NCBI GenBank assembly: GCA_041559575.1
Contig: JBFFDD010000002.1
Coordinates: 1-39,989 of the forward strand
Direction of reading: 5' to 3'
Source of the DNA: a bacterium
GTDB taxonomy: Bacteria > BMS3Abin14
DNA: 39,989 nucleotides
Shown here: positions 27,460-35,975 of the stretch, one piece after another
Layout of the letters: every line of letters starts with the position of its first letter
Position numbering within the stretch: position 1 is the first letter of the stretch
The notes under the pieces: model-generated
Told to the model about the DNA's origin: nothing
What the model saw: only the letters and a program-made list of their open reading frames with translations
Database searches by the model: none
Translations under genes and position numbers: made by a program

Positions 27460-27522
27460 AATTTTGAATTTTGAATATGGAATTTTTTTCTGTTACTAAT
27501 CACAAATCACGAATCACGGACT
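27460..27522. repeat. heptamer array (AATTTTG then ACNAATC units), 9 units
   Basis: Reads aattttg aattttg aatatgg aattttt ttctgtt actaatc acaaatc acgaatc acggact. Confidence 0.65.
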
Positions 27523-27551
27523 AAATATTTTGGACGGTATCCCGATTCCGC

Positions 27552-27580
27552 AAAAAAAAAGCCGGCAGCAGCCGGCTTTT
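27552..27580 (-). terminator. rho-independent terminator downstream of lpxC
   Basis: On the minus strand, aaaagccggc tgct gccggc is followed by nine T. The palindrome gccggc-agca-gccggc has A/T runs on both sides, so it may work in both directions. Confidence 0.8.
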
Positions 27581-27603
27581 CACTTCTTTCATTGAATCAA
27601 CTA

Positions 27604-28542
27604 CTACAGAGTGGCGGAGATCCCTTCCGCACCGCCCTCCCAGACGGGATGCAGGGTGATCCGGTCACCGCCGTCCTCCTCGAGGCAAACCAGTTCCCAG
27701 CGGTCCGGGTGCTTTAGCACCTCCTGCATGAGCAGTCGGTTAATGGCGTGGCCGGCTTTGTAACCCTCGTAGTGGCCGAGGATGGGGATTCCCAGAAGGG
27801 CCAGATCGCCGATCGTATCCAGGATCTTGTGCCGAACGAACTCGTCGGGGGCCCTCAGGCCACCCTCGTTCATCACGCCCTCGTCTCCGACGACGACAGC
27901 GTTATCAAGGGACCCGCCCATGGCCAGGCCCTGCTCCCTGAGTTTTTCGACATCCCGGTAGAACCCGAAGGTCCGGGCGTATGAGATATCTTTCCGGTAG
28001 GCCTCGGGGGAATAGCGGAAATCGAGCTCCTGCACTCCCACGGCCGGATGATCGAATTCTATGGCGAAGGAGATCCTGAAGGTGTCCGATGGGCTCAGGG
28101 AGGCTCTGGCGTCTCCATTGCCGGCGCCGATCTCCTCCTTGATGCGAAGCATCCTCTTGGGAAGGCCCTGATCAACCAGCCCGACGATCTCGATCCCCCG
28201 CACGAAGGGAGCGGCGCTGCCGTCCATTATAGGTATCTCATCACCCTCGACCTCAATGATCGCGTTGTCCACACCGGACCCTGCCATGGCGGACAGGAGG
28301 TGTTCCACCGTCTTGACCGCGGCACCGTTCAAACCGAGGCTGGTGGCCAGAAGGGTATCGCTGATGTTGTGAACACTGGCCTCAACTTCGGGAGCGCCGG
28401 GCACATCGAGGCGCCGGAAACGGTAACCCGAATCGGGTGTTCCGGGCATGATCCGCACGGAGGTCTCGGCACCTGTGTGCAGTGCCGTGCCGGCGAATTC
28501 CATGCTGCCCCTCAGGGTCTTCTGTTGGACAAAATCGTTCAT
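27604..28542 (-). CDS. lpxC: UDP-3-O-acyl-N-acetylglucosamine deacetylase
   Basis: QKTL...GTALHTG N-terminus, KTVEHLLSAMAG, and FVRHKILDTIGDLAL (zinc/active-site His-Asp context). Start placed at ATG 28542 by analogy with the E. coli N-terminus; no SD is visible. Confidence 0.9.
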   Translation of the reverse strand: MNDFVQQKTLRGSMEFAGTALHTGAETSVRIMPGTPDSGYRFRRLDVPGAPEVEASVHNISDTLLATSLGLNGAAVKTVEHLLSAMAGSGVDNAIIEVEGDEIPIMDGSAAPFVRGIEIVGLVDQGLPKRMLRIKEEIGAGNGDARASLSPSDTFRISFAIEFDHPAVGVQELDFRYSPEAYRKDISYARTFGFYRDVEKLREQGLAMGGSLDNAVVVGDEGVMNEGGLRAPDEFVRHKILDTIGDLALLGIPILGHYEGYKAGHAINRLLMQEVLKHPDRWELVCLEEDGGDRITLHPVWEGGAEGISATL

Positions 28543-28558
28543 ATCGAGGTTGGATATG

Positions 28559-28574
28559 GCAACATTTGTGCCAA
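28559..28574 (-). promoter_or_regulatory. sigma-54 (-24/-12) consensus match TGGCAC-N5-TTGC
   Basis: The minus strand reads TTTGGCACAAATGTTGCCAT. TTGC ends 16 nt before the lpxC ATG. Single-site pattern match only. Confidence 0.3.
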
Positions 28575-28725
28575 ATCGGACAGAAAGGTACAAATAATAA
28601 TTTTTACTTAATTTACAGTGATTTACATTGCATTACGGGCGGAATTGGAGGGAAGGCAGCGGCGGTGCAGCGGCAAGTGTGCCATAATTGCAACACAGGG
28701 TGTGTCAAATATGCGACAACTCTTG

Positions 28726-29322
28726 CTAGGAACGGGCGCGGTCGATGGCGTTGAACAGTCCCAGCAGTACGCCCATGGCCAGGAAGGCCCCGGGGGGAAG
28801 GATCATGACCAGCATGTCTGTGTAACCCTCAGCCATGACAGGGTAGCCGAGCACCGTTCCGCTTCCCAGAATCTCACGCACGGCCCCGATCACACCAAGA
28901 GCCAGGGTAAATCCGACACCCATACCGAAGCCGTCCACGATGGACCGGAAGATGGGGTGCCTGGACGCGAAGGCCTCGGACCGTCCGAGGATCAGGCAGT
29001 TGACAACGATGAGGGGGATGAAGAGGCCCAGTGTCTTGTGCATCTGATGGGCCCACGCGTTCATGGTCAGATCCACTATGGTAACGAAGGACGCGATGAC
29101 GATGATGAAGGAAGGGATCCGGACCTTGCTGGGGATCACGTTCCGGAGGCTCGAAACAACCGTGTTGGAACATACCAGCACGAAGGTGCTGGCCAGCCCC
29201 ATGGCAAAGCCGTTGATCACGCTGTTGGTGACCGCCAGCGCCGGGCAGAGCCCGAGAACCATCCGGAAAACCGGATTTTCAAGCCATAACCCTTTGTTGA
29301 ATTCACGTCCGTACCCGCTCAT
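28726..29322 (-). CDS. rnfE: Rnf electron transport complex subunit E
   Basis: GLWLENPVFRMVLGLCPALAVT, VRIPSFIIVIAS, GRSEAFA, VREILGSGT and LPPGAF parallel E. coli RsxE rather than RsxA. Its start overlaps the rnfG stop (TGATG). Confidence 0.85.
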   Translation of the reverse strand: MSGYGREFNKGLWLENPVFRMVLGLCPALAVTNSVINGFAMGLASTFVLVCSNTVVSSLRNVIPSKVRIPSFIIVIASFVTIVDLTMNAWAHQMHKTLGLFIPLIVVNCLILGRSEAFASRHPIFRSIVDGFGMGVGFTLALGVIGAVREILGSGTVLGYPVMAEGYTDMLVMILPPGAFLAMGVLLGLFNAIDRARS

Positions 29323-29909
29323 CAGACTCCCTCTCCAGCAGCCAGAACTGTTTCCCGGTTCGTCTCGAACCACTTCAGGCCTCGCTCAACAGCTGCTGAC
29401 ACGGCACGAGGTGAGATGGTGGCACCGGTTATCTGGTCGATATCACCGCCGTCCTTCTTCACCTTGAAGTTCGTGTTGTCCAGGGAACGGCCCTTGAAGA
29501 TCGATTTCCATTCCTCGTCGGCAATCAGCGACCCCAGGCCGGGCGTCTCCGCGTGACTGAGGATCTCGATCCCGCCCAGGGTCCCGTCGGGCAAAACACC
29601 CATCATGACGTAGATGTTGCCGCTGTACCCATCCGGGGCTATGACCTGAAAAGCCACGCCCACGACACCCTCCTCACCCGTGGACCGGAAAACCCGATAA
29701 TCCTGATCTTTCTCGCCGGGCAGATCGATAAAGTCGTTGTCCGGATCGATGGGCATCCCGGGGAGGACCGCATCCAGGGACCGGATCACCTCCAGTTTTT
29801 TCTGGTAGGCGATGGGCTCCTTGGTGACCTCGTAGACCATGGCCAGGGCAAAGGCCGCTCCGGCACAGATGACGGCCAAAACAACAATGAGACGTCCCAT
29901 TCCCTTCAT
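29322..29909 (-). CDS. rnfG: Rnf electron transport complex subunit G (FMN-binding)
   Basis: N-terminal TM anchor and FMN-attachment context DQITGATISPRAV. ATGA overlap with rnfD. Confidence 0.85.
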   Translation of the reverse strand: MKGMGRLIVVLAVICAGAAFALAMVYEVTKEPIAYQKKLEVIRSLDAVLPGMPIDPDNDFIDLPGEKDQDYRVFRSTGEEGVVGVAFQVIAPDGYSGNIYVMMGVLPDGTLGGIEILSHAETPGLGSLIADEEWKSIFKGRSLDNTNFKVKKDGGDIDQITGATISPRAVSAAVERGLKWFETNRETVLAAGEGV

Positions 29910-30910
29910 TGTGTCCTGGCCTCCTTCCCCTTCAACGTCCCAAACACACGGGGCCGGGTGTATCGATCGATAATGGGTGTCGCCGCGTTCATGAGCAGGA
30001 TGGCGAAGGAAACCCCTTCAGGATATCCGCCGAAAAGACGTATGAAGACCGTTATCAGTCCACAACCGACCCCGAAAAGGATCATGCCCTTATTGGTCAC
30101 CGGAGTGGTGACGTAGTCCGTGGCCATGAAAAACGCCCCTAACATCAACCCACCGGTCACCAGGTGGAACACCGGGGAGGCATATTTCTGGGGATTGATC
30201 AACCAGTAGGCCCCCGTCATGGCAAATACGGTAGCGATATAGGTGACGGGAATGTGCCAGGTGATGATCCCCCTCCAGATGAGGAAACCGCCCCCGGCGA
30301 CCAGGGCGAGGGCCGAGATCTCGCCGAGACAGCCGCCCATCATCCTGCCGAGGAGAGGGTCCATGAGGTTGTAGTTGGCGATATCCCCGATGGTCCCGGT
30401 GAGGAGAAGATTGGTCTTCATCTCCCCTAACGGTGTGGCCTTCGTCACGGTGTCCAGAGCCAGGGGAAAGACCTTGGGTTCCGGCCAGCTGGTCATGGCC
30501 ACCGGAAAACTTATCAGGAGGAACACCCTCGCCACCAGGGCCGGGTTGAAGGGGTTGTATCCCAGCCCACCGTAGACCTGTTTGCTCAGCAGGATGGCCA
30601 CCACCGCTCCGATCAAAATCATCCACCCGGGAGACGAGGAAGGCAGGTTCATGGCCAGGAGAAGTCCGGTGAGAACCGCGCTACCGTCCTTCAGGGCCTC
30701 AAAATCCCTTCCCCTCATCTTCAGAGCCAGCGCCTCGAAAACCAGACAGCCGATGACCGAGATGGCGATGACCCGGATAGCGTTGAGGCCGAAGAAATAG
30801 ACACCTACCGCCGTTCCCGGCAGAAGGGCAAGGAGAACCGTGTACATGGCCGTTTCGATGGTCTGCGATGACCGCAGGTGAGGCGATGGGGTCAGGACTG
30901 GTGATGTCAT
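29906..30910 (-). CDS. rnfD: Rnf electron transport complex subunit D
   Basis: Polytopic NqrB/RnfD-like protein. Start set at ATG 30910 (MTSPVLTPSPHLRS), overlapping the rnfC stop (TGATG). Confidence 0.85.
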   Translation of the reverse strand: MTSPVLTPSPHLRSSQTIETAMYTVLLALLPGTAVGVYFFGLNAIRVIAISVIGCLVFEALALKMRGRDFEALKDGSAVLTGLLLAMNLPSSSPGWMILIGAVVAILLSKQVYGGLGYNPFNPALVARVFLLISFPVAMTSWPEPKVFPLALDTVTKATPLGEMKTNLLLTGTIGDIANYNLMDPLLGRMMGGCLGEISALALVAGGGFLIWRGIITWHIPVTYIATVFAMTGAYWLINPQKYASPVFHLVTGGLMLGAFFMATDYVTTPVTNKGMILFGVGCGLITVFIRLFGGYPEGVSFAILLMNAATPIIDRYTRPRVFGTLKGKEARTQ

Positions 30911-32220
30911 CAGCTTCGGTTCCTCGCGACCAATTCGGCCTTGCCCTGCCTGATCCATTGAACCAGGTTCCGGTCAGCGGGACAGACGTAAGTGCAGCAG
31001 CCGCATTCGATGCAATCGTTGATGTGAAACTCAGGCAGGCCGTCGAAAAGATCCCACTCCACCATTGCGCCGAGGGTATGGGGCATCAGGGAGGCCGGGC
31101 AGCCGCGGACACAGGCCCCGCATCGGATACAGGCCCTCGATTTGAGCTCCCGGAAATCCCCCGGTCCGAAAAGGAGCAGCCCGCTGGTCCCCTTGGTCAC
31201 CGTGCTCTCGAGGCTCGCCAGGGCCGTCCCCATCATCGGGCCGCCATTGATGATCCGGGCAGCCGGACCTGTCATCCCACCCGTGTTTTCCACAATATGG
31301 GACAGGGGGGTACCGACAGCCACCCGGTAGTTTCCCGGACCCTTGGAAAGGGTTCCTCCCAGGGTCATCACCCGCTCGACAAAGGGCCGGCCGAGGGTTA
31401 TCGCTTCGTGGATGGCCGCCAGCGTACCCACGTTCTGCACCACCACCCCTACATCCATGGGAAGTCCTCCCGAGGGGACTTCCCTGCCGGTAAGGGCGTA
31501 GATCAGCTGTTTTTCTGCTCCCTGAGGGTACATGACCGGCAGGACGGAGACCTCGAAACCCTCAGGCAGGTCCATGGACCGCATCCTGTCCACCGCGTCG
31601 GGCTTATTGGCCTCAATACCCACAACGGCCTTTTCCGCCCCCACCATCCGCAGGGCAAGGCGCAGACCGCTCAGGATGGACTCCGGATCCTCCAGCATGA
31701 GGCGGTGGTCCGCTGTCAGGAAGGGTTCGCACTCCACTCCGTTGGCAACCACCATGTCTATGGGTTTGTCCTCGGGGGGGTTGAGTTTGACATGGGTGGG
31801 GAAGGCAGCGCCACCCATCCCGACGATTCCCGCCTCACCGACCATCTTCTTCCATGCTTCCGGTCCTTTGGTCAGTTCCGGATCAGCGTTCGAGAGGGTG
31901 TCGAGGGCCTCATCCTCCCCATCGGGCTCGATCACCACCGCAGGGATGAACCGGCCCGTGGTGTGAATGGAAGGTTCGATGGCCTTGACGGTTCCGGAGG
32001 TCGGTGAGTGGATCGGCGCAGAGACATAACCGGAGGCCTCGGCTACCACCTGGTACTTCAGGACCCGGTCCCCTGCCGAAACGATCGGCTTGGCCGGCGC
32101 GCCGATATGCTGCGATAAGCTCAGCCGAATTTCACCGGGGAGGGGAAGCTCCTGGATGCCGGCTTCCCTGGTGTCCTTGTGATCATGGGGGTGCACCCCC
32201 CCGACAAACATTCTCTTCAC
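30910..32220 (-). CDS. rnfC: Rnf electron transport complex subunit C
   Basis: GGVHP N-terminal motif. Two ferredoxin motifs, CIRCGACVRGCP and CIECGCCTYVCP. GTG start with GAGGA 6 nt upstream. Confidence 0.9.
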   Translation of the reverse strand: MKRMFVGGVHPHDHKDTREAGIQELPLPGEIRLSLSQHIGAPAKPIVSAGDRVLKYQVVAEASGYVSAPIHSPTSGTVKAIEPSIHTTGRFIPAVVIEPDGEDEALDTLSNADPELTKGPEAWKKMVGEAGIVGMGGAAFPTHVKLNPPEDKPIDMVVANGVECEPFLTADHRLMLEDPESILSGLRLALRMVGAEKAVVGIEANKPDAVDRMRSMDLPEGFEVSVLPVMYPQGAEKQLIYALTGREVPSGGLPMDVGVVVQNVGTLAAIHEAITLGRPFVERVMTLGGTLSKGPGNYRVAVGTPLSHIVENTGGMTGPAARIINGGPMMGTALASLESTVTKGTSGLLLFGPGDFRELKSRACIRCGACVRGCPASLMPHTLGAMVEWDLFDGLPEFHINDCIECGCCTYVCPADRNLVQWIRQGKAELVARNRS

Positions 32221-32372
32221 AGCGCATCCTCACAGAAAACAGGGAGGGACAGGTTTTGACGGATCCCTTTCCAGGTTGTGCCAGAGCATCGCGCAAACAA
32301 GCTTTTATACAATATTCCGTTCAAAGGTTCCACTTTTGTGTTTCCCTGCGCCCATGATGCTGAATCTGGACG

Positions 32373-32861
32373 TCAGCTTTTCTTCTTGCCTTTGATCATC
32401 TGGGTTTCCTCCCCGTTGAGGAGATCTTTCAATTCATTCATGAATTCGTTGATATCCTTGAAGCTTCTGTAGACCGATGCGAATCTCACATAGGCGATCT
32501 CATCCAGGTTATGAAGTTCCTGCATCACCGTCTCGCCGATGGTGCTGCTTTTGATCTCCTTTTCTCCATCCTCCTGGACCTTCTTCTCAACGTTGTCCAC
32601 GATCTCATCGAGGGCCTCAACGCTCACGGGACGCTTCTGGCAGGCGGTCTTGATGCCGGTGAGGATCTTGTTTCGATCGAACGGTTCCCTGCGGCCGTCC
32701 TTTTTGATCACCATCGGCAGGATATCCTCCACCCTCTCGTAGGTGGTGAACCTTCTGCCGCAGTCCAGGCATTCCCGGCGGCGGCGGATCACATCGCTTT
32801 CCCCGCTCAACCTGGAATCGACGACCTTGTTGTCGAAATCTCCACAAAAGGGACACTTCAT
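32373..32861 (-). CDS. nrdR: transcriptional repressor NrdR
   Basis: MKCPFCG...[12 protein letters not shown] zinc ribbon followed by an ATP-cone. ATGA overlap with the upstream deaminase gene. Confidence 0.95.
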   Translation of the reverse strand: MKCPFCGDFDNKVVDSRLSGESDVIRRRRECLDCGRRFTTYERVEDILPMVIKKDGRREPFDRNKILTGIKTACQKRPVSVEALDEIVDNVEKKVQEDGEKEIKSSTIGETVMQELHNLDEIAYVRFASVYRSFKDINEFMNELKDLLNGEETQMIKGKKKS

Positions 32862-33328
32862 TGATCCTCTCCCTTCAAGTACTCCAGCTCCAGGCCCGCC
32901 TGGGACAACATCTCAGCGGCGAGCTGGTCAGGGTAGCCCTGGGCGCAAACGATCCTTTTGACGCCCACATTGATGAGCATCTTGGCACAGATAATACAGG
33001 GGCTGGCCGTGGTGTAGACGGTGGATCCCGAGAGATTGATGTCGTGCCGGGCGGCCTGGATGATTCCATTCTGCTCGGCGTGCAGCCCGCGGCAGATCTC
33101 GTGCCTCTCCCCCGACGGTATGCCCAGCTTTTCCCTCAGGCATCCAACCTCTGAACAATGGGGTATACCTGACGGGGCACCGTTGTAGCCGGTCGCCAGG
33201 ATATTCTTTTCCTTGACAAAAGCGGCCCCCACCTGCCGTCTCATGCAGGTGGATCTGGTAGCCACCAGTTGGACGATCTGCATGAAGTAATCGTCCCAGG
33301 ACGGCCTGGCGTTCTTCTTACCGGCCAC
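32858..33328 (-). CDS. dCMP (deoxycytidylate) deaminase, ComEB-like
   Basis: Zinc motifs HAEQN and [16 protein letters not shown]-terminus. GTG start. Confidence 0.9.
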   Translation of the reverse strand: MAGKKNARPSWDDYFMQIVQLVATRSTCMRRQVGAAFVKEKNILATGYNGAPSGIPHCSEVGCLREKLGIPSGERHEICRGLHAEQNGIIQAARHDINLSGSTVYTTASPCIICAKMLINVGVKRIVCAQGYPDQLAAEMLSQAGLELEYLKGEDQ

Positions 33329-33335
33329 CCGTTAC

Positions 33336-34583
33336 CTAGTCCCGAAGCCTGTGGGCATAGAAAGGAAACCGCTCGCACAGTCCCCTGACCTGGGCCCGGA
33401 CATCGCCCAGATAACTCTCGTCTTCCCGGCGATCCAGGCAGTCGGCGATCCAACCGGCGATCTGAACCATCTCGGGCTCTTTCATTCCCCTGGTGGTCAG
33501 TGCGGGGGTTCCGATGCGGATCCCACTGGTGATGAACGGGCTGCGTGTCTCGAAGGGAACCGTGTTCTTGTTGACGGTAATGCCGGCCCTGTCCAATGTC
33601 TCCTCGGCATCCTTGCCCGTGTAATCGGCCTCCCTGAGGTCGACCAGCATGAGATGATTATCCGTACCTCCGGAGACGAGTTTGAACCCCCGGGAGGTCA
33701 GTTCGCCGGCCATCGCCTTGGCGTTGGCCACGATCTGCCTCTGATAGGCTTTGAAATCGGGCTTCAGAGCCTCCTTGAACGCCACGGCCTTGGCGGCGAT
33801 GGTGTGCATGAGGGGTCCACCCTGGGATCCGGGGAAGACACGGCTGCCGAGCCTCTTGGCAAACTCCTCCGTGGCCAGGATCATGCCCCCCCTCGGCCCC
33901 CGCAGGGTCTTGTGTGTGGTCGTGGTCACGATGTGGGCATCGGGGACGGGGTTGGGGTGGATACCTGCCGCAACCAGGCCTGCGATGTGGGCCATATCGA
34001 CAAAAAGGACCGCGCCGACCTCGTCGCAGATCTCCCGGAACCGCTTAAAGTCGATAGTCCTCGGGTAGGCCGAGGCCCCGGCGATAATCATCTTCGGCCG
34101 GTGTTCCTGAGCCAGGCCCCTGACCTGGTCAAAATCGATCCTCTGGTCATCCTCGGTGACGCCGTAGGATACGACGTTGTACAGGAATCCGGAGAAGTTC
34201 ACCGGGCTGCCGTGGGTCAGATGGCCGCCGTGGGAGAGGTCCATCCCCAGGATGGTGTCACCTGGTTCCAGGACGGCGAAGTAAACGGCCATATTGGCCT
34301 GGGAGCCCGAGTGGGGCTGCACGTTGACGTACTCGGCCCCGAAAAGTTCCTTGCCCCTCCTTATGGCAAGGTCCTCGGCTATGTCAACGTACTCGCATCC
34401 GCCGTAATACCTCTTGAAAGGATAACCCTCGGCGTACTTGTTGGTCATCACAGAGCCCTGCGCCTCCAGAACGTCCTCACTGACGAGGTTCTCCGAGGCG
34501 ATGAGCTCAAGCTGGTATTCCTCCCTCTCCGTCTCCTGGCGAATGGCCTGGTAGATCTCAGGGTCGAACTCTTTTAGTGACAA
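33336..34583 (-). CDS. glyA: serine hydroxymethyltransferase
   Basis: PLP-lysine motif [14 protein letters not shown]; 415 aa. TTG start with GGAG 9 nt upstream. Confidence 0.95.
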   Translation of the reverse strand: MSLKEFDPEIYQAIRQETEREEYQLELIASENLVSEDVLEAQGSVMTNKYAEGYPFKRYYGGCEYVDIAEDLAIRRGKELFGAEYVNVQPHSGSQANMAVYFAVLEPGDTILGMDLSHGGHLTHGSPVNFSGFLYNVVSYGVTEDDQRIDFDQVRGLAQEHRPKMIIAGASAYPRTIDFKRFREICDEVGAVLFVDMAHIAGLVAAGIHPNPVPDAHIVTTTTHKTLRGPRGGMILATEEFAKRLGSRVFPGSQGGPLMHTIAAKAVAFKEALKPDFKAYQRQIVANAKAMAGELTSRGFKLVSGGTDNHLMLVDLREADYTGKDAEETLDRAGITVNKNTVPFETRSPFITSGIRIGTPALTTRGMKEPEMVQIAGWIADCLDRREDESYLGDVRAQVRGLCERFPFYAHRLRD

Positions 34584-34609
34584 TGTTTTGCTCCTATAAA
34601 TTAGCGCGG

Positions 34610-34727
34610 GTTAAGGATTAAAGGGTAAATGTTAAAGGTTAAAGAAAAAGAGATAGAGTTAAAGGAAGTTTCAATAACGCTTTAACCCCTATTCTGATTT
34701 TCCCTTTCCACTTTCTACTTTCCACTC
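34610..34727. repeat. composite heptamer element: GTTAAAG-type array then ACTTTCC-type array (same architecture as 10923..10999, inverse of 7235..7311)
   Basis: Reads gttaagg attaaag ggtaaat gttaaag gttaaag ... tccactt tctactt tccactc. 34717..34729 is the reverse complement of 3911..3923. Confidence 0.8.
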
Positions 34728-34733
34728 TCTAAT

Positions 34734-35156
34734 TCACTCATCGATCTTCTCTACGCGCCTTTCGTGTCTTCCGCCCTCGAAGGATGAATCAAGCCATGCG
34801 TCAACGATCTCCCTGGCCAGATCCGGTCCCAGGACTCTCCCCCCGAGGACCAGGACGTTGGCGTTGTTGTGGCGCCGAGAGGCCGAGGCGGTAAAGTGGT
34901 CGTGACATAAAGCCGCCCTCACTCCCCGATACCGGTTCGCCACCATGGACATACCCAGCCCGGTCCCGCAGACCAGGATACCCAATTCCATCTCCCCATC
35001 GGCGATTGCCACAGCGACTTTTCTGGCGAAGTCGGTGTAATCCACCGAATCGGTAGAGTCGGTGCCAAGGTCGACCGTTCTGATTCCTCTTCCCGAGAGG
35101 TGCTCTTTGACCATCTCCTTGAGGGGAAAACCGGCGTGGTCCGAGGCCAGGGCCAC
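34734..35156 (-). CDS. rpiB: ribose-5-phosphate isomerase B
   Basis: [10 protein letters not shown]-terminal motif and [13 protein letters not shown]. There is no ATG near the conserved N-terminus, so GTG at 35156 is proposed. The start is uncertain. Confidence 0.8.
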   Translation of the reverse strand: MALASDHAGFPLKEMVKEHLSGRGIRTVDLGTDSTDSVDYTDFARKVAVAIADGEMELGILVCGTGLGMSMVANRYRGVRAALCHDHFTASASRRHNNANVLVLGGRVLGPDLAREIVDAWLDSSFEGGRHERRVEKIDE

Positions 35157-35175
35157 CCGGAATCTGGTTTGTCGG

Positions 35176-35646
35176 CTAGAGTTCACTCTTGTCAACCATT
35201 GCCTCGTGGCAGTAGGCGCAGAACCTCCCCAGGACCTTGCCGCCATCGGTGGCGATCCGCAGGTATTTTGCGTTGGTGTTGGAGGGATGGGGATCGTGGC
35301 AGCTGGTACAGGTCAAAAGACCCCCGTCACTGAGAACCTCGGCCGGAACGTTGGCTTTGACCGGCTTCAATCCCACCGGATGGCTTTTCATGAAGTGGAT
35401 GGGGGCGATCCCTTCATCCTCGTTGTGGCAGCCGAGACAGAGGGAATCCACACCTGCCGCCGGGGCACCTGAGTGCTTGTACTTTTCGGAGGTGTTCGGC
35501 ATGATTCCAAAAGCCGGATCGGCCTTCGTGTCATGAAGGCTGTGGCATTCGGTACAGTTATTGTCGTGGGGGCCGGCCGCCTGGGAAACGAACGGCAGAC
35601 CGATGAACACTACAGCGCAGATCACGATACAGGCTTTTTTCATCAC
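35176..35646 (-). CDS. tetrahaem c-type cytochrome, exported
   Basis: Four CxxCH sites (CTECH, CLGCH, CTSCH, CAYCH) in 156 aa. Signal peptide [25 protein letters not shown]. Confidence 0.85.
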   Translation of the reverse strand: MMKKACIVICAVVFIGLPFVSQAAGPHDNNCTECHSLHDTKADPAFGIMPNTSEKYKHSGAPAAGVDSLCLGCHNEDEGIAPIHFMKSHPVGLKPVKANVPAEVLSDGGLLTCTSCHDPHPSNTNAKYLRIATDGGKVLGRFCAYCHEAMVDKSEL

Positions 35647-35889
35647 ATCCCTCCCCGAAATTTACAATGAATTCAATCAGTTATAAACCGGATTCCTTTG
35701 TGAACCTATAAACCCTTCATCCCCTTCGGATAAACTAGTTGAAACTATACTTTCAGCCCGATTTTTGTCAAGGGAAGAGGGGAAAAATGCCGTAATCAGA
35801 GGAATTTTTCCCGGTGTTTAGTGTCCGGTTTCTGGAAAAGGATGAATCGAGCCGCTTCTGAGGATCCGGAAAGTCGCTATGAATTCTGA

Positions 35890-35945
35890 TGGATAGTGGA
35901 AACTGGAAACTGAAAACTGGAAACTGAAAACTCGAAACTGCGGAA
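35890..35945. repeat. heptamer array 8 x TGRAAAC (complement of the AGTTTCC family)
   Basis: Reads tggatag tggaaac tggaaac tgaaaac tggaaac tgaaaac tcgaaac tgcggaa. This is the same family as 20726..20844 in the opposite orientation. Confidence 0.85.
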
Positions 35946-35975
35946 AAATATCACGGAAAATGGTATTTTCCCGCC

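Noticed and set aside
28543-28593. Upstream TTG start giving lpxC a 17-aa N-terminal extension
   Set aside because: The extension is not part of the conserved LpxC N-terminus (which begins near QKTL) and has no RBS. It is kept only as an alternative in the sigma-54 finding.
30868-32007. 379-aa plus-strand ORF antisense to rnfC/rnfD. Similar long antisense ORFs occur at 13101..13856, 24308..25171, 5825..6589, 22774..23436 and 36660..37409.
   Set aside because: Each overlaps a gene with strong family motifs on the other strand, and none shows motifs, an RBS or plausible composition.
33351-34577. 408-aa plus-strand ORF antisense to glyA
   Set aside because: The glyA reading (PLP motif [14 protein letters not shown]) is unambiguous. 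The antisense ORF has low-complexity G/D/V/P composition and is a shadow ORF.
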